Shown here: positions 17,858 to 25,651 of the stretch, one piece after another | How positions within the stretch are numbered: position 1 is the stretch's first letter | How the letters are laid out: each line of letters begins with the position of its first letter | DNA from: a virus | Taxonomy: Duplodnaviria; Caudoviricetes | Direction: 5' to 3' (one strand) | DNA: 64,000 bases | Virus record (IMG/VR): IMGVR_UViG_3300031857_023573 | Location: 32,001 to 96,000 of that record | The notes under the pieces: model-generated | Database searches by the model: none | What the model saw: the letters and a program-made list of their open reading frames with translations, nothing else | Told to the model about the DNA's origin: nothing | Made by a program: the position numbers and the translations under genes

Positions 17858-18716
17858 AAATTTTGTAAAATTATTTGACTTAAATGTTCCAAAAATTGAA
17901 TATTTTGACTATTACTTAGGTCAGATGTCAAAATCTAAAAAGTATGGTGATATTTCTAACTATTATAAACTTTTTGAGTCATCCACTCAGGATATTACCG
18001 ACCCTTATGAATATCGTAGGGTCAAGGCACTTGAGGTAACTGATTTTATTCAGGGTACTAACGCCTATAATGAGCTTTGTTACGATAAGAATTTAATAGA
18101 ATACCCAACTAATAAAAATATTGAGTATAGTGATGATTTAAATTATTTATCTATAGATTTAAAATCGGCAAACTGGATTGCGTTAAAGTCTTATGATCCA
18201 CCTCATATTAACGAGTTAGGAGATGATTTTTCACAATTTTTTTCACGTTTTGACCTACCTAAAGTTTTTATAGAGTCAAAATATTTAAGACAGTTTTTAT
18301 TTTCTAAACTTGATACCAAGAAAATAATTAAGGTTCAGCGAAATATGATACAAGAAATTGTTAGAAAGTATCAAAGTGATCTTCTAGTAGAGGGTGTTAG
18401 AAATGATGAAGTCATTTTCCAGTTTTCAGACTTTAGTGAGGTTAGAGATATTTCAAATGAAATTGATCACAGTAAATATAAAATGAAGATTTTTAAAACT
18501 CAGAAATTTGATGATTTTAGAGTCGATAGTCATTTTGATACTTCTGGAAGTTTAATACACAAAGAATTGATTGGAGTTGATACTTCCGTATTTTACCTCA
18601 ATTTGAAGAAATATATTACTGGTGAAAAAATTGAACTTAAAGACCTTTATTTCAGGTCTGGTGGTAATCTTGCTATTTGGTATGAAGATAATTTAAAAAT
18701 TGAATACAATGATTGA
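17844..18716 (+). CDS. Hypothetical protein with possible degenerate polymerase-palm motifs
   Basis: SIDLKSAN and VRNDEVIF could be motif A- and motif C-like aspartates; function uncertain. Confidence 0.5.
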   Translation: MNSRENFVKLFDLNVPKIEYFDYYLGQMSKSKKYGDISNYYKLFESSTQDITDPYEYRRVKALEVTDFIQGTNAYNELCYDKNLIEYPTNKNIEYSDDLNYLSIDLKSANWIALKSYDPPHINELGDDFSQFFSRFDLPKVFIESKYLRQFLFSKLDTKKIIKVQRNMIQEIVRKYQSDLLVEGVRNDEVIFQFSDFSEVRDISNEIDHSKYKMKIFKTQKFDDFRVDSHFDTSGSLIHKELIGVDTSVFYLNLKKYITGEKIELKDLYFRSGGNLAIWYEDNLKIEYND

Positions 18717-19326
18717 TCTTTTTGAAGAGCCTAAAATTAATAAGTCTAATATAATATGTCATAGTGGGGGTGCTGAAGGTTCTGATACTTACTTTTCAGA
18801 AATAGGACTTCAATTTGGTGTGAAGACAAGAGCTTACTCCTACAAAACTAAGTATCATACAAGTAGTGATAAAGTTGAAATTTCAGATTCTGATTTCAAT
18901 GAAGGTGTCGGTAAAGTAACTCTCGCAAATAAAGTTTTGTGTCGGTATGGAATAAACAAGTACATGAATTTACTAGCCAGAAATTGGGCACAAGTCAAAT
19001 ATTCTACTCAAACTTTTGCAATAGGTAATATAGTTGAGCCTGGAAAAAAATCACAAAAAGGTTACTACTCTAAGTCAAAATTCGAAACAATCGAAGGTGG
19101 TACTGGTTACGCAATACAAATGTCTATAGACCACTTGAGAGAAGTCTATGTTTTTGATCAAACACAATTAAAGTGGTTTAAATGGTCTTATACCGCTATG
19201 AAATTTATTCAAATTGATATAAGTCCAAAAATTACTTGTCAAAATTTCGCAGGTATAGGTACGAGACAAATAAATGAGCCTGGAATTGGAGCAATCAGAC
19301 AACTTTATGAAAATACTTTTAGTTAA
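18700..19326 (+). CDS. SLOG superfamily (DprA/YspA-like) nucleotide-binding protein
   Basis: ICHSGGAEGSD, GGTGYAI and FAGIGTR motifs. Confidence 0.55.
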   Translation: MNTMIDLFEEPKINKSNIICHSGGAEGSDTYFSEIGLQFGVKTRAYSYKTKYHTSSDKVEISDSDFNEGVGKVTLANKVLCRYGINKYMNLLARNWAQVKYSTQTFAIGNIVEPGKKSQKGYYSKSKFETIEGGTGYAIQMSIDHLREVYVFDQTQLKWFKWSYTAMKFIQIDISPKITCQNFAGIGTRQINEPGIGAIRQLYENTFS

Positions 19327-19377
19327 AACTTTTTTATTTTAGTTTATATAAACACTTATTAAAATTTAACAAAATAA

Positions 19378-19842
19378 ATGAAAAATTATACTACAAAAAA
19401 CGGATATCAAAAGATGGTTGATGAATTACATCAACTTACTACCGTTGAATATAGAAATGCTATCGAGATGCTCCAAGAAGCACGTGATAAAGGAGATCTT
19501 TCTGAAAATGCTGAGTATGAGGCAGCCAAGGAATTTCATGCCAAAGTTATAAATAAAATTACTAAACTTAAAGAAAAGATTCGTCAGTCTGAAATAATTA
19601 ATCAGTCACATCTTTCAATAGATTCTGTGAATATGCTATCTACGGTTGAAATTAGAAACCATAAGATTGGAAAGACGCAAATTTGGAAACTAGTTTCAGA
19701 AAATGAGATTGATACTAAAAATGGTAAAATCTCATTCAATTCACCAATTGGTTCTGCCTTAATCGGTCATAAAGTAGGTGAGGTAGTAGAAGTTAGTGTT
19801 CCATCTGGATCAATGAAGCTTGAAATTCTTAGTATTAAATGA
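19378..19842 (+). CDS. greA: Transcription elongation factor GreA
   Basis: ARDKGDLSENAEYEAAK with both acidic catalytic residues; ISFNSPIGSALIGHKVGEVVEV. Confidence 0.95.
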   Translation: MKNYTTKNGYQKMVDELHQLTTVEYRNAIEMLQEARDKGDLSENAEYEAAKEFHAKVINKITKLKEKIRQSEIINQSHLSIDSVNMLSTVEIRNHKIGKTQIWKLVSENEIDTKNGKISFNSPIGSALIGHKVGEVVEVSVPSGSMKLEILSIK

Positions 19843-20237
19843 TCAAAATCAGTTTCGATTTCGACGGTACTTTAGAGGATGAATTCGGAGGAGTTCACAA
19901 TGCACAAAAGTCCGAAATACAGAATCTTGCAAAGAAATATATCGATGAAGGACATCAGGTCTGTATTATTACAAAAAGATATGGACCTGAAATGTCTACT
20001 TTTGGTTTAAAAAACGAGCATGTAATTGTTCTTAGATTAGCTAGAGAATTAGGAATAAATGAAGTCTACTTTACAAATCGAGAAATGAAGTTCTCACATA
20101 TTTTATCTCTTAAAATTGATATTCATTTTGAAAATTCAGATTATGAAGTTGAATTAATTAATAAACACTGTAAAGAAAAATCTCACAAGTGTTTAGTTGT
20201 GCCGGTAGAATCTAAAAATTGGAGAGATCTAATTTAG
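19839..20237 (+). CDS. HAD-superfamily hydrolase-like protein
   Basis: ISFDFDGTL (DxDGT motif I); IITKR motif II; starts by ATGA overlap with greA. Confidence 0.7.
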   Translation: MIKISFDFDGTLEDEFGGVHNAQKSEIQNLAKKYIDEGHQVCIITKRYGPEMSTFGLKNEHVIVLRLARELGINEVYFTNREMKFSHILSLKIDIHFENSDYEVELINKHCKEKSHKCLVVPVESKNWRDLI

Positions 20238-20587
20238 TGCCCGTTTTTAGGAAGTGGCATGTCACTTACAACACTTACTTTAAAGGTATATCCAGAATCA
20301 CCATCAGTTCCATAAGTTGTATTAGCATCATAGGAACCACCAAATGTATAAGGCTTTGGTCCGTTAGCCTTTAACATTTGTTCGTGCATTCTTTGTCTAT
20401 TTTTCTCTTCTTCTTGTCTAATCATTTCTTCAAAACTTAGCTCACTACTTTGCGTAGTTTGATAATTTTGACTATTTGATTTATATCCGTACTTTGCAAG
20501 TAACATTTCTGCCTCATTTTGAGAGATATCTGCAGGTTTAATTTCTTCTTGCTGATCTTGTACTATTCTGACTTCAGGTCTTTGCAT
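20234..20587 (-). CDS. Hypothetical protein
   Basis: 117 aa; palindromic AATATATATT upstream. Confidence 0.65.
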   Translation of the reverse strand: MQRPEVRIVQDQQEEIKPADISQNEAEMLLAKYGYKSNSQNYQTTQSSELSFEEMIRQEEEKNRQRMHEQMLKANGPKPYTFGGSYDANTTYGTDGDSGYTFKVSVVSDMPLPKNGH

Positions 20588-20606
20588 ATAGTGAGAAAAA
20601 ACTTTT

Positions 20607-20644
20607 AATATATATTAAAATTGATTTTTTAAATCTAATATATA
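20607..20644. promoter_or_regulatory. Divergent AATATATA motif pair
   Basis: AATATATATT at 20607-20616 and AATATATA at 20637-20644 between divergent genes. Confidence 0.5.
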
Positions 20645-20670
20645 CAATAGAAAAAATTACACCTTTAGAT

Positions 20671-21135
20671 ATGAAATATTTAAAAACATTTGAAAACTAT
20701 CAAATAAACGAAGAGGAAGAAATAATTGGTAAAGTAAGAAAATTCTTTACTGGTTACGAAACTGGTGAAGATAAGCAAAAAGCAATGGTTGCATTCGAGA
20801 AAGCACTTGGTGAAATTACAGCTGAGTATAATAAGTCTCCTGAAAGTTGGGTTTATGTTTATAAATCTAAAGATGGTAAAGTAATGAATGAAATGGTTAG
20901 ACCTTGGGAAGATAGAGAACTATTAGCACTTACTAAAGATAAGGATAATAAAGATAAGCCTTATACAAAAACAAGATGTGAATTGCTAAAAGAAGAGGCA
21001 AAAGAAAATAATTACAGAGGTACACTAGAAGTTGGCTACTGGGGTACAAAAGTAAAGGGTGTTAAATATGTACCAGGAGCTTCTGAGTTTCAGAAGACTA
21101 CAATGGGTAGTTCATCACAGACAGTTGGTACTTGA
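20671..21135 (+). CDS. Hypothetical protein with leader MKYLKTFENYQINEE
   Basis: 154 aa; own upstream motif and downstream terminator. Confidence 0.75.
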   Translation: MKYLKTFENYQINEEEEIIGKVRKFFTGYETGEDKQKAMVAFEKALGEITAEYNKSPESWVYVYKSKDGKVMNEMVRPWEDRELLALTKDKDNKDKPYTKTRCELLKEEAKENNYRGTLEVGYWGTKVKGVKYVPGASEFQKTTMGSSSQTVGT

Positions 21136-21156
21136 TAATAAACCTATATAAAATTG

Positions 21157-21186
21157 AAAAACCCTGTCATATGACAGGGTTTTTTA
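21157..21186. terminator. Bidirectional terminator (perfect 28-bp palindrome)
   Basis: AAAAACCCTGTCAT/ATGACAGGGTTTTT between convergent genes. Confidence 0.85.
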
Positions 21187-21615
21187 TTTAGAAAGAATAA
21201 TTTTATCAATTTCATCGATATTTTCAATACCTTTATTGTTTATCTTATCTAGAATATCATCAACATCGGCGACATCAAGTCTGTAGTTATCAAAGAATGA
21301 TTTAAATTGTGTATTTGAGACAATAAAATCAAAATCCTTAGTCTCTCCTTTAATAATATTTTCGCCTACTTCTACTAGGTCAAAATTTACATACGGTTCA
21401 AGAATAGAACAAATTCTCATTACCTTCATTTTAGAAAGTCTGAAGAACATATACTCACTATCATCATATTCTTCTGAAACAACGTTATCCATGTCACCAG
21501 GATCTAAAACATCACTAATTTCATTCAGAATTTTGTCTTGAATATCGTGTGGAACTTCACCTTCTCCTGTTTTAGAAGAAACTGTCTTGACTAGGTAGAT
21601 GTTGCTACATTTCAT
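21184..21615 (-). CDS. Hypothetical protein with C-terminal DUF6576-like motif
   Basis: VDDILDKINNKGIENIDEIDKIIL. Confidence 0.6.
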   Translation of the reverse strand: MKCSNIYLVKTVSSKTGEGEVPHDIQDKILNEISDVLDPGDMDNVVSEEYDDSEYMFFRLSKMKVMRICSILEPYVNFDLVEVGENIIKGETKDFDFIVSNTQFKSFFDNYRLDVADVDDILDKINNKGIENIDEIDKIILSK

Positions 21616-21645
21616 ATTGCTAATATAAATAAATATTTTAAAATA

Positions 21646-22044
21646 TCAAATATTTTCTAAACAATTTTTATCAAGTTGAGTCAATGAATCAATTCCAAGA
21701 TAATTGATTTTATCAAGAACAAGGTCAATAGTTAAAAATTCTTCAATATAATGTTCGGTTTCTAATTCAAATTCGGTGTTTTTAAGTGATAATCTACCAA
21801 TTAGTATATCGTAAGATACGTCTTTTAATTCATAATATACTCCTTTTTTGTCTAGAAAATTTTGAACCTTTGAAATAGTATAATCATTACATATTATATA
21901 AGATGTTACAAAACCATCATATTCAATATCTTCGGAAATTATATCAAGACTTTGTAGTTCTTCAATTTCAATAGAAGAAAGTGAATTAAGAAGATCTTCA
22001 CATTGTGTCTTTGTAAGATTTGTATCTACCTTAAAAAACTTCAT
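21646..22044 (-). CDS. Hypothetical protein with C-terminal DUF6576-like motif (tandem paralogue)
   Basis: IDLVLDKINYLGIDSLTQLDKNCL. Confidence 0.6.
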   Translation of the reverse strand: MKFFKVDTNLTKTQCEDLLNSLSSIEIEELQSLDIISEDIEYDGFVTSYIICNDYTISKVQNFLDKKGVYYELKDVSYDILIGRLSLKNTEFELETEHYIEEFLTIDLVLDKINYLGIDSLTQLDKNCLENI

Positions 22045-22121
22045 AATATAAATATAACGATTTTCTTTAAAATTAAGAAATTTTATTTTTAAGAAATTAT
22101 ATATTATTTTGGAAACTTATT

Positions 22122-22148
22122 AAAAAAACCCAGTCAATTGACTGGGTT
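22122..22148 (-). terminator. Terminator directly 3' of the tRNA
   Basis: Perfect palindrome AACCCAGTCAATTGACTGGGTT (22127-22148) followed by a U-tract on the minus strand. Confidence 0.85.
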
Positions 22149-22153
22149 ACTAG

Positions 22154-22249
22154 TTGCGGGAAAAGGACTCGAACCTTTGACCTTTGGGTTATTTCTTCCT
22201 TGATAATTCAAAAATGAGCCCAACGAGCTACCAACTGCTCCACCCCGCA
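22154..22249 (-). tRNA. Initiator-type tRNA-Met(CAU) with a 23-nt insertion in the anticodon loop; no encoded CCA
   Basis: TGCGGGGTGGAGCAGTTGGTAGCTCGTTGGGCTCAT[TTTTGAATTATCAAGGAAGAAAT]AACCCAAAGGTCAAAGGTTCGAGTCCTTTTCCCGCAA; intact acceptor, D and T arms; GGG/CCC anticodon stem; 73 nt without the insert. Confidence 0.88.
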
Positions 22250-22367
22250 ATATTTATATATTAATATTGATTTCGAGTTTTTAAATTTATGAACAATAAA
22301 TAATAATTTATATGAAAATTTTCAATAATTGGATATCAAATGAAGATATTTTATAAAATATTTTTCA

Positions 22368-22376
22368 TATATTTGC
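22368..22376 (+). promoter_or_regulatory. Bacteroidota-type -7 promoter element TATATTTGC
   Basis: Exact TAnnTTTG consensus upstream of the 22403/tilS pair; no clear -33 TTTG seen. Confidence 0.5.
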
Positions 22377-22402
22377 ATTCTTAAAATGTAAAAACTCTTA
22401 AA

Positions 22403-22768
22403 ATGAAAAAAATTATCTACTTACTTGTTTTTTTGCCACTTTTATCAAACGCTCAACAGGCATATAAGGTGTATTATAATGTTGTTAATGAAACTAAGGA
22501 TTGGATAAGTGAACCGCTTGATGTAGATTTCACTGTTGAACTTAGAAATATTGACTTCAACTATGAATTAATAACTAATGGTAATGAAGATTTTTCTTAT
22601 GTCTTGACAGATACGATATATTCGAGTTTAAACTTCACAAAGTGGAAAGCATATGACTGGAAAGGAGATGATTGTGATGTTTCAATCGGTCATGATTTAG
22701 ATGGTAATCAATATATTATAATTCAATATCCAGATATGGGTTGGTGTGTGTTTTTTAATAAAAATTAA
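22403..22768 (+). CDS. Secreted protein with Sec signal peptide
   Basis: MKKIIYLLVFLPLLSNA-QQ: basic n-region, hydrophobic h-region, S-N-A cleavage followed by Gln. Confidence 0.7.
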   Translation: MKKIIYLLVFLPLLSNAQQAYKVYYNVVNETKDWISEPLDVDFTVELRNIDFNYELITNGNEDFSYVLTDTIYSSLNFTKWKAYDWKGDDCDVSIGHDLDGNQYIIIQYPDMGWCVFFNKN

Positions 22769-22771
22769 AAT

Positions 22772-23362
22772 TTGATGATTAGAATACTTGGAAATATACC
22801 AAAAGGTGAATTTGGTCTCGCTTGCTCTGGTGGTGTGGACTCTATGGCTGTTGCCAATTTTTTATTAAACGGTGGTTGGGAGCCAAATATTTTATATTTT
22901 AACCATAATACTGAACATGGTCAACTTGCTGAAGAGTTTGTAACTAATTATTGTAAAACACATAATTTAAAATTACATGTTGATCGTACAGACCTTACTC
23001 CTAAGTCAAATAAAGAAAAGATTTGGAGTGATTTAAGATACGAATTTTTCTCTAAGTTTGATTTTCCAGTAATTACTTGCCACCATTTAGATGATTGTGT
23101 CGAGACATATCTCTTTTCATGTCTTAGGGGATTTCAATCAGTTATTCCATATTCTAAGGGTAATGTAATTAGACCTTTTTTACTTAATGAAAAGTCAGTA
23201 TTTTACGACTGGTGTTTACATAAATCGGTTCCTTTTATTGAAGATGAATCTAATTTAAATGTCAATTTCTCAAGAAACAGAATTCGTCATAATATTGTTC
23301 CAGAGGCACTTACGGTAAACCCTGGATTAAAGACGGTTGTTAAGAAAATGATTAGTATATAA
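22772..23362 (+). CDS. tilS: tRNA(Ile)-lysidine synthetase, catalytic domain only
   Basis: LACSGGVDSMA PP-loop, FNH, CHHLDDCVET, IRPFL, EDESN and RNRIRHNIVP motifs. Confidence 0.88.
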   Translation: MMIRILGNIPKGEFGLACSGGVDSMAVANFLLNGGWEPNILYFNHNTEHGQLAEEFVTNYCKTHNLKLHVDRTDLTPKSNKEKIWSDLRYEFFSKFDFPVITCHHLDDCVETYLFSCLRGFQSVIPYSKGNVIRPFLLNEKSVFYDWCLHKSVPFIEDESNLNVNFSRNRIRHNIVPEALTVNPGLKTVVKKMISI

Positions 23363-23741
23363 ACATACCAAGTCTGTAAAGTTCTTCACCATTAAATTCT
23401 AGAATGAAATCCTCAAATGGCATTTCTGTATCTTCTTCAGATGGAATATCTAAGTTTATAGTGAATCCCTCGAGTTCTGTGACAGTTTTTATTCTACTTA
23501 ATATTGGTTGTATTTCTTCAATTCTGAAAAATCTGTTTTGATTGTCTTGAAAAATTATTCTAATTGCGTCTACTGGATTTTTTTTTGATACGTAATACTT
23601 ACAAATCCAGAAAGTTGATTTGATTTCTACATCTTCACAATCTAATAAAATATCTTTAATTTCAGCAATTAATTCAGAATTTTCAGACTTGAATTTATCA
23701 AATTGGTCATCATAGGACTCAAACTTATAAAGATACCTCAT
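23352..23741 (-). CDS. Hypothetical protein with leader MRYLYKFESY
   Basis: 129 aa; AATATATA at 23746-23753, 4 nt upstream of ATG. Confidence 0.7.
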   Translation of the reverse strand: MRYLYKFESYDDQFDKFKSENSELIAEIKDILLDCEDVEIKSTFWICKYYVSKKNPVDAIRIIFQDNQNRFFRIEEIQPILSRIKTVTELEGFTINLDIPSEEDTEMPFEDFILEFNGEELYRLGMFIY

Positions 23742-23816
23742 AGTTTATATATTAGATTTCTTCGATATTAAACTTTCGGTTTAAATATTAATAAAAATAA
23801 AAACTAATTTAAAAAA

Positions 23817-24236
23817 ATGATTAAACAAGGTAGTAAAGTTAAGGCTCACTATACAGGAAGACTTAATGATAATGATGTTTTTGATACATCTATCCAAGAT
23901 GGAAGAGATCCTCTTGAATTCACAATCGGTGAGGGTACTCTCTTACCAGCTTTTGAAAACGAACTTTTAGGTCTTGCAACAGGAGATAAAAAGACTTTTG
24001 AACTTACTTCAGATGATGCTTACGGTCCTTATAGAGATGACCTCAGACTAACTGTTCCTAGAACAAATGTCCCACAAGGTGTTGAAGTAGGTCAAAGTTT
24101 GCAAGGAAATTTCAATAATGAAATGATCACCTTCATGGTGAGACAGGTAAATGAAGATAACGTTATTGTTGATGCTAATCATCCTTTAGCTGGTAAGGCA
24201 CTTATTTTCGACGTAGAAATCGTTGAAATCGACTAA
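23817..24236 (+). CDS. FKBP-type peptidyl-prolyl isomerase (SlyD/SlpA-like, no His-rich tail)
   Basis: VKAHYTGRL..VFDTS, PLEFTIGEG, AYG, insert-in-flap segment and DANHPLAGKALIFDVEI. Confidence 0.92.
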   Translation: MIKQGSKVKAHYTGRLNDNDVFDTSIQDGRDPLEFTIGEGTLLPAFENELLGLATGDKKTFELTSDDAYGPYRDDLRLTVPRTNVPQGVEVGQSLQGNFNNEMITFMVRQVNEDNVIVDANHPLAGKALIFDVEIVEID

Positions 24237-24577
24237 ACGAACTTTTTATGAATTTTCGAATTCTGAAACCAAGTATTGTTCTTGGAAAGAAGTTCAAAAT
24301 TATTGTGTGATTGTTCACAAATTTCTCTAAATTTTATCAAATCATAAGCGGTGAGTCTAAACCATTCACCGCTTATTTTTTTTTCACAAAAATGTCTGTG
24401 TAATTTAGCTTCAATTTGGGTTCCCCATTTAGATTCAAAAAAATCTACTAATTCTAGATCAGAGGCATTTCCAGTTTTTATTTCTTTAATTCTATTTTGA
24501 GGATTTCTTTTTGTATATCCTATTTTATAACATGTGTCACCTTCTATAGTCGAGGAAATTAGATATACTTTATACAT
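24233..24577 (-). CDS. GIY-YIG nuclease (T5orf172/MUG113-like)
   Basis: KVYLI...YKIGYT.RNP..RI.EIKTGN...E..LH..F....GEWF; AATATATA 5 nt upstream. Confidence 0.8.
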   Translation of the reverse strand: MYKVYLISSTIEGDTCYKIGYTKRNPQNRIKEIKTGNASDLELVDFFESKWGTQIEAKLHRHFCEKKISGEWFRLTAYDLIKFREICEQSHNNFELLSKNNTWFQNSKIHKKFV

Positions 24578-24611
24578 GAAGTTATATATTACAACATCAT
24601 GTCTCTATTTT

Positions 24612-25322
24612 TTAATTAAAAACTTGATTAATTTTCATTTCTCTACCCAGAATAAAACATTTAGATTTATAATCATCTAAAATAGTACTATAGGCCACAA
24701 CTGATAAATTACAATTTTTATCTAAAACTTGAATTAAATTTCCTGATTTGTTGATTAATGACTTTGCACATTTTGATATTACTAATGATCTACCAGTTTG
24801 ATGTTTCCAGAATCTATAAGAAAGAAGTGTGTTAATTATCTGACAATCTTTATCTTCTCTAAGATTAGGATTAAAATTAAATATGCTATCAGAGATTAGA
24901 TAAAAGAAAAGCTCAACTGATTTATCTCTTACTTCAAGACAAGATTCTCTGACGATAGTGTCAAAGTTTCTTTGTCTATAATGTTCATCTATTGCTAATT
25001 TTTTAAAGTGAGTAGTTTCATCTAAGTATTTTTTAGGGATTTTAAAATATTCAAATTTGGTATAAACATCCTTGTATTTGAGAGGATAGTGAAAATCAGA
25101 CCAGTCTGTTTCTTTGATTATTTCTTCAACTGCTAACTTTTCTGATTGACTTTCTGGTTTACAAATTGAATATAACCAAGAAATGTGATCTATTTTTTTA
25201 TATTCATCGAAGTTAGACCAATCTATTTGACAAAGAAGCAAGGTTTTATATTCGCCTAATTTAGACTGATTTTGTACTTCTTTAATGACTTTTATTTCTG
25301 GAAATATAAATTTATCAAACAC
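24612..25322 (-). CDS. Hypothetical protein
   Basis: 236 aa, GTG start preceded by TATATTAG 3 nt upstream. Confidence 0.65.
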   Translation of the reverse strand: MFDKFIFPEIKVIKEVQNQSKLGEYKTLLLCQIDWSNFDEYKKIDHISWLYSICKPESQSEKLAVEEIIKETDWSDFHYPLKYKDVYTKFEYFKIPKKYLDETTHFKKLAIDEHYRQRNFDTIVRESCLEVRDKSVELFFYLISDSIFNFNPNLREDKDCQIINTLLSYRFWKHQTGRSLVISKCAKSLINKSGNLIQVLDKNCNLSVVAYSTILDDYKSKCFILGREMKINQVFN

Positions 25323-25336
25323 TAACTAATATAGAA

Positions 25337-25636
25337 TTAGTAATTTAAAAAGTTATAGCATTTTTGAATTGCTGACATTAGGATATCTTGATTCTCTTCA
25401 CTATAAGAAGACGGGTATTTATCAGAGTACCAATCTATTAGGTAGTTGATAATTGCACTTTCTGCTTCACCATTTGAAAAATGAGAGTAATCACCATTTT
25501 CGGGTGTCCATTCTAAAACTTCCTTATCTAACATTTCTTTAACTTTTTCAAATGGAAAGTGTTCTTGGATTTTTGCTATTGCAAAATCTACATCAAATGA
25601 ATTAATATTTTCGTTATATTTTCTGAGATATTTCAT
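25337..25636 (-). CDS. Hypothetical protein with leader MKYLRKYNEN
   Basis: 99 aa; AATATATA at 25642-25649, 5 nt upstream. Confidence 0.7.
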   Translation of the reverse strand: MKYLRKYNENINSFDVDFAIAKIQEHFPFEKVKEMLDKEVLEWTPENGDYSHFSNGEAESAIINYLIDWYSDKYPSSYSEENQDILMSAIQKCYNFLNY

Positions 25637-25651
25637 GTTTTTATATATTTA

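Noticed and set aside
22154-22249. Reading the CAU tRNA as tRNA-Ile2, the TilS substrate
   Set aside because: The sequence has initiator determinants (GGG/CCC anticodon stem, fMet-like D arm and acceptor), not Ile2 ones.
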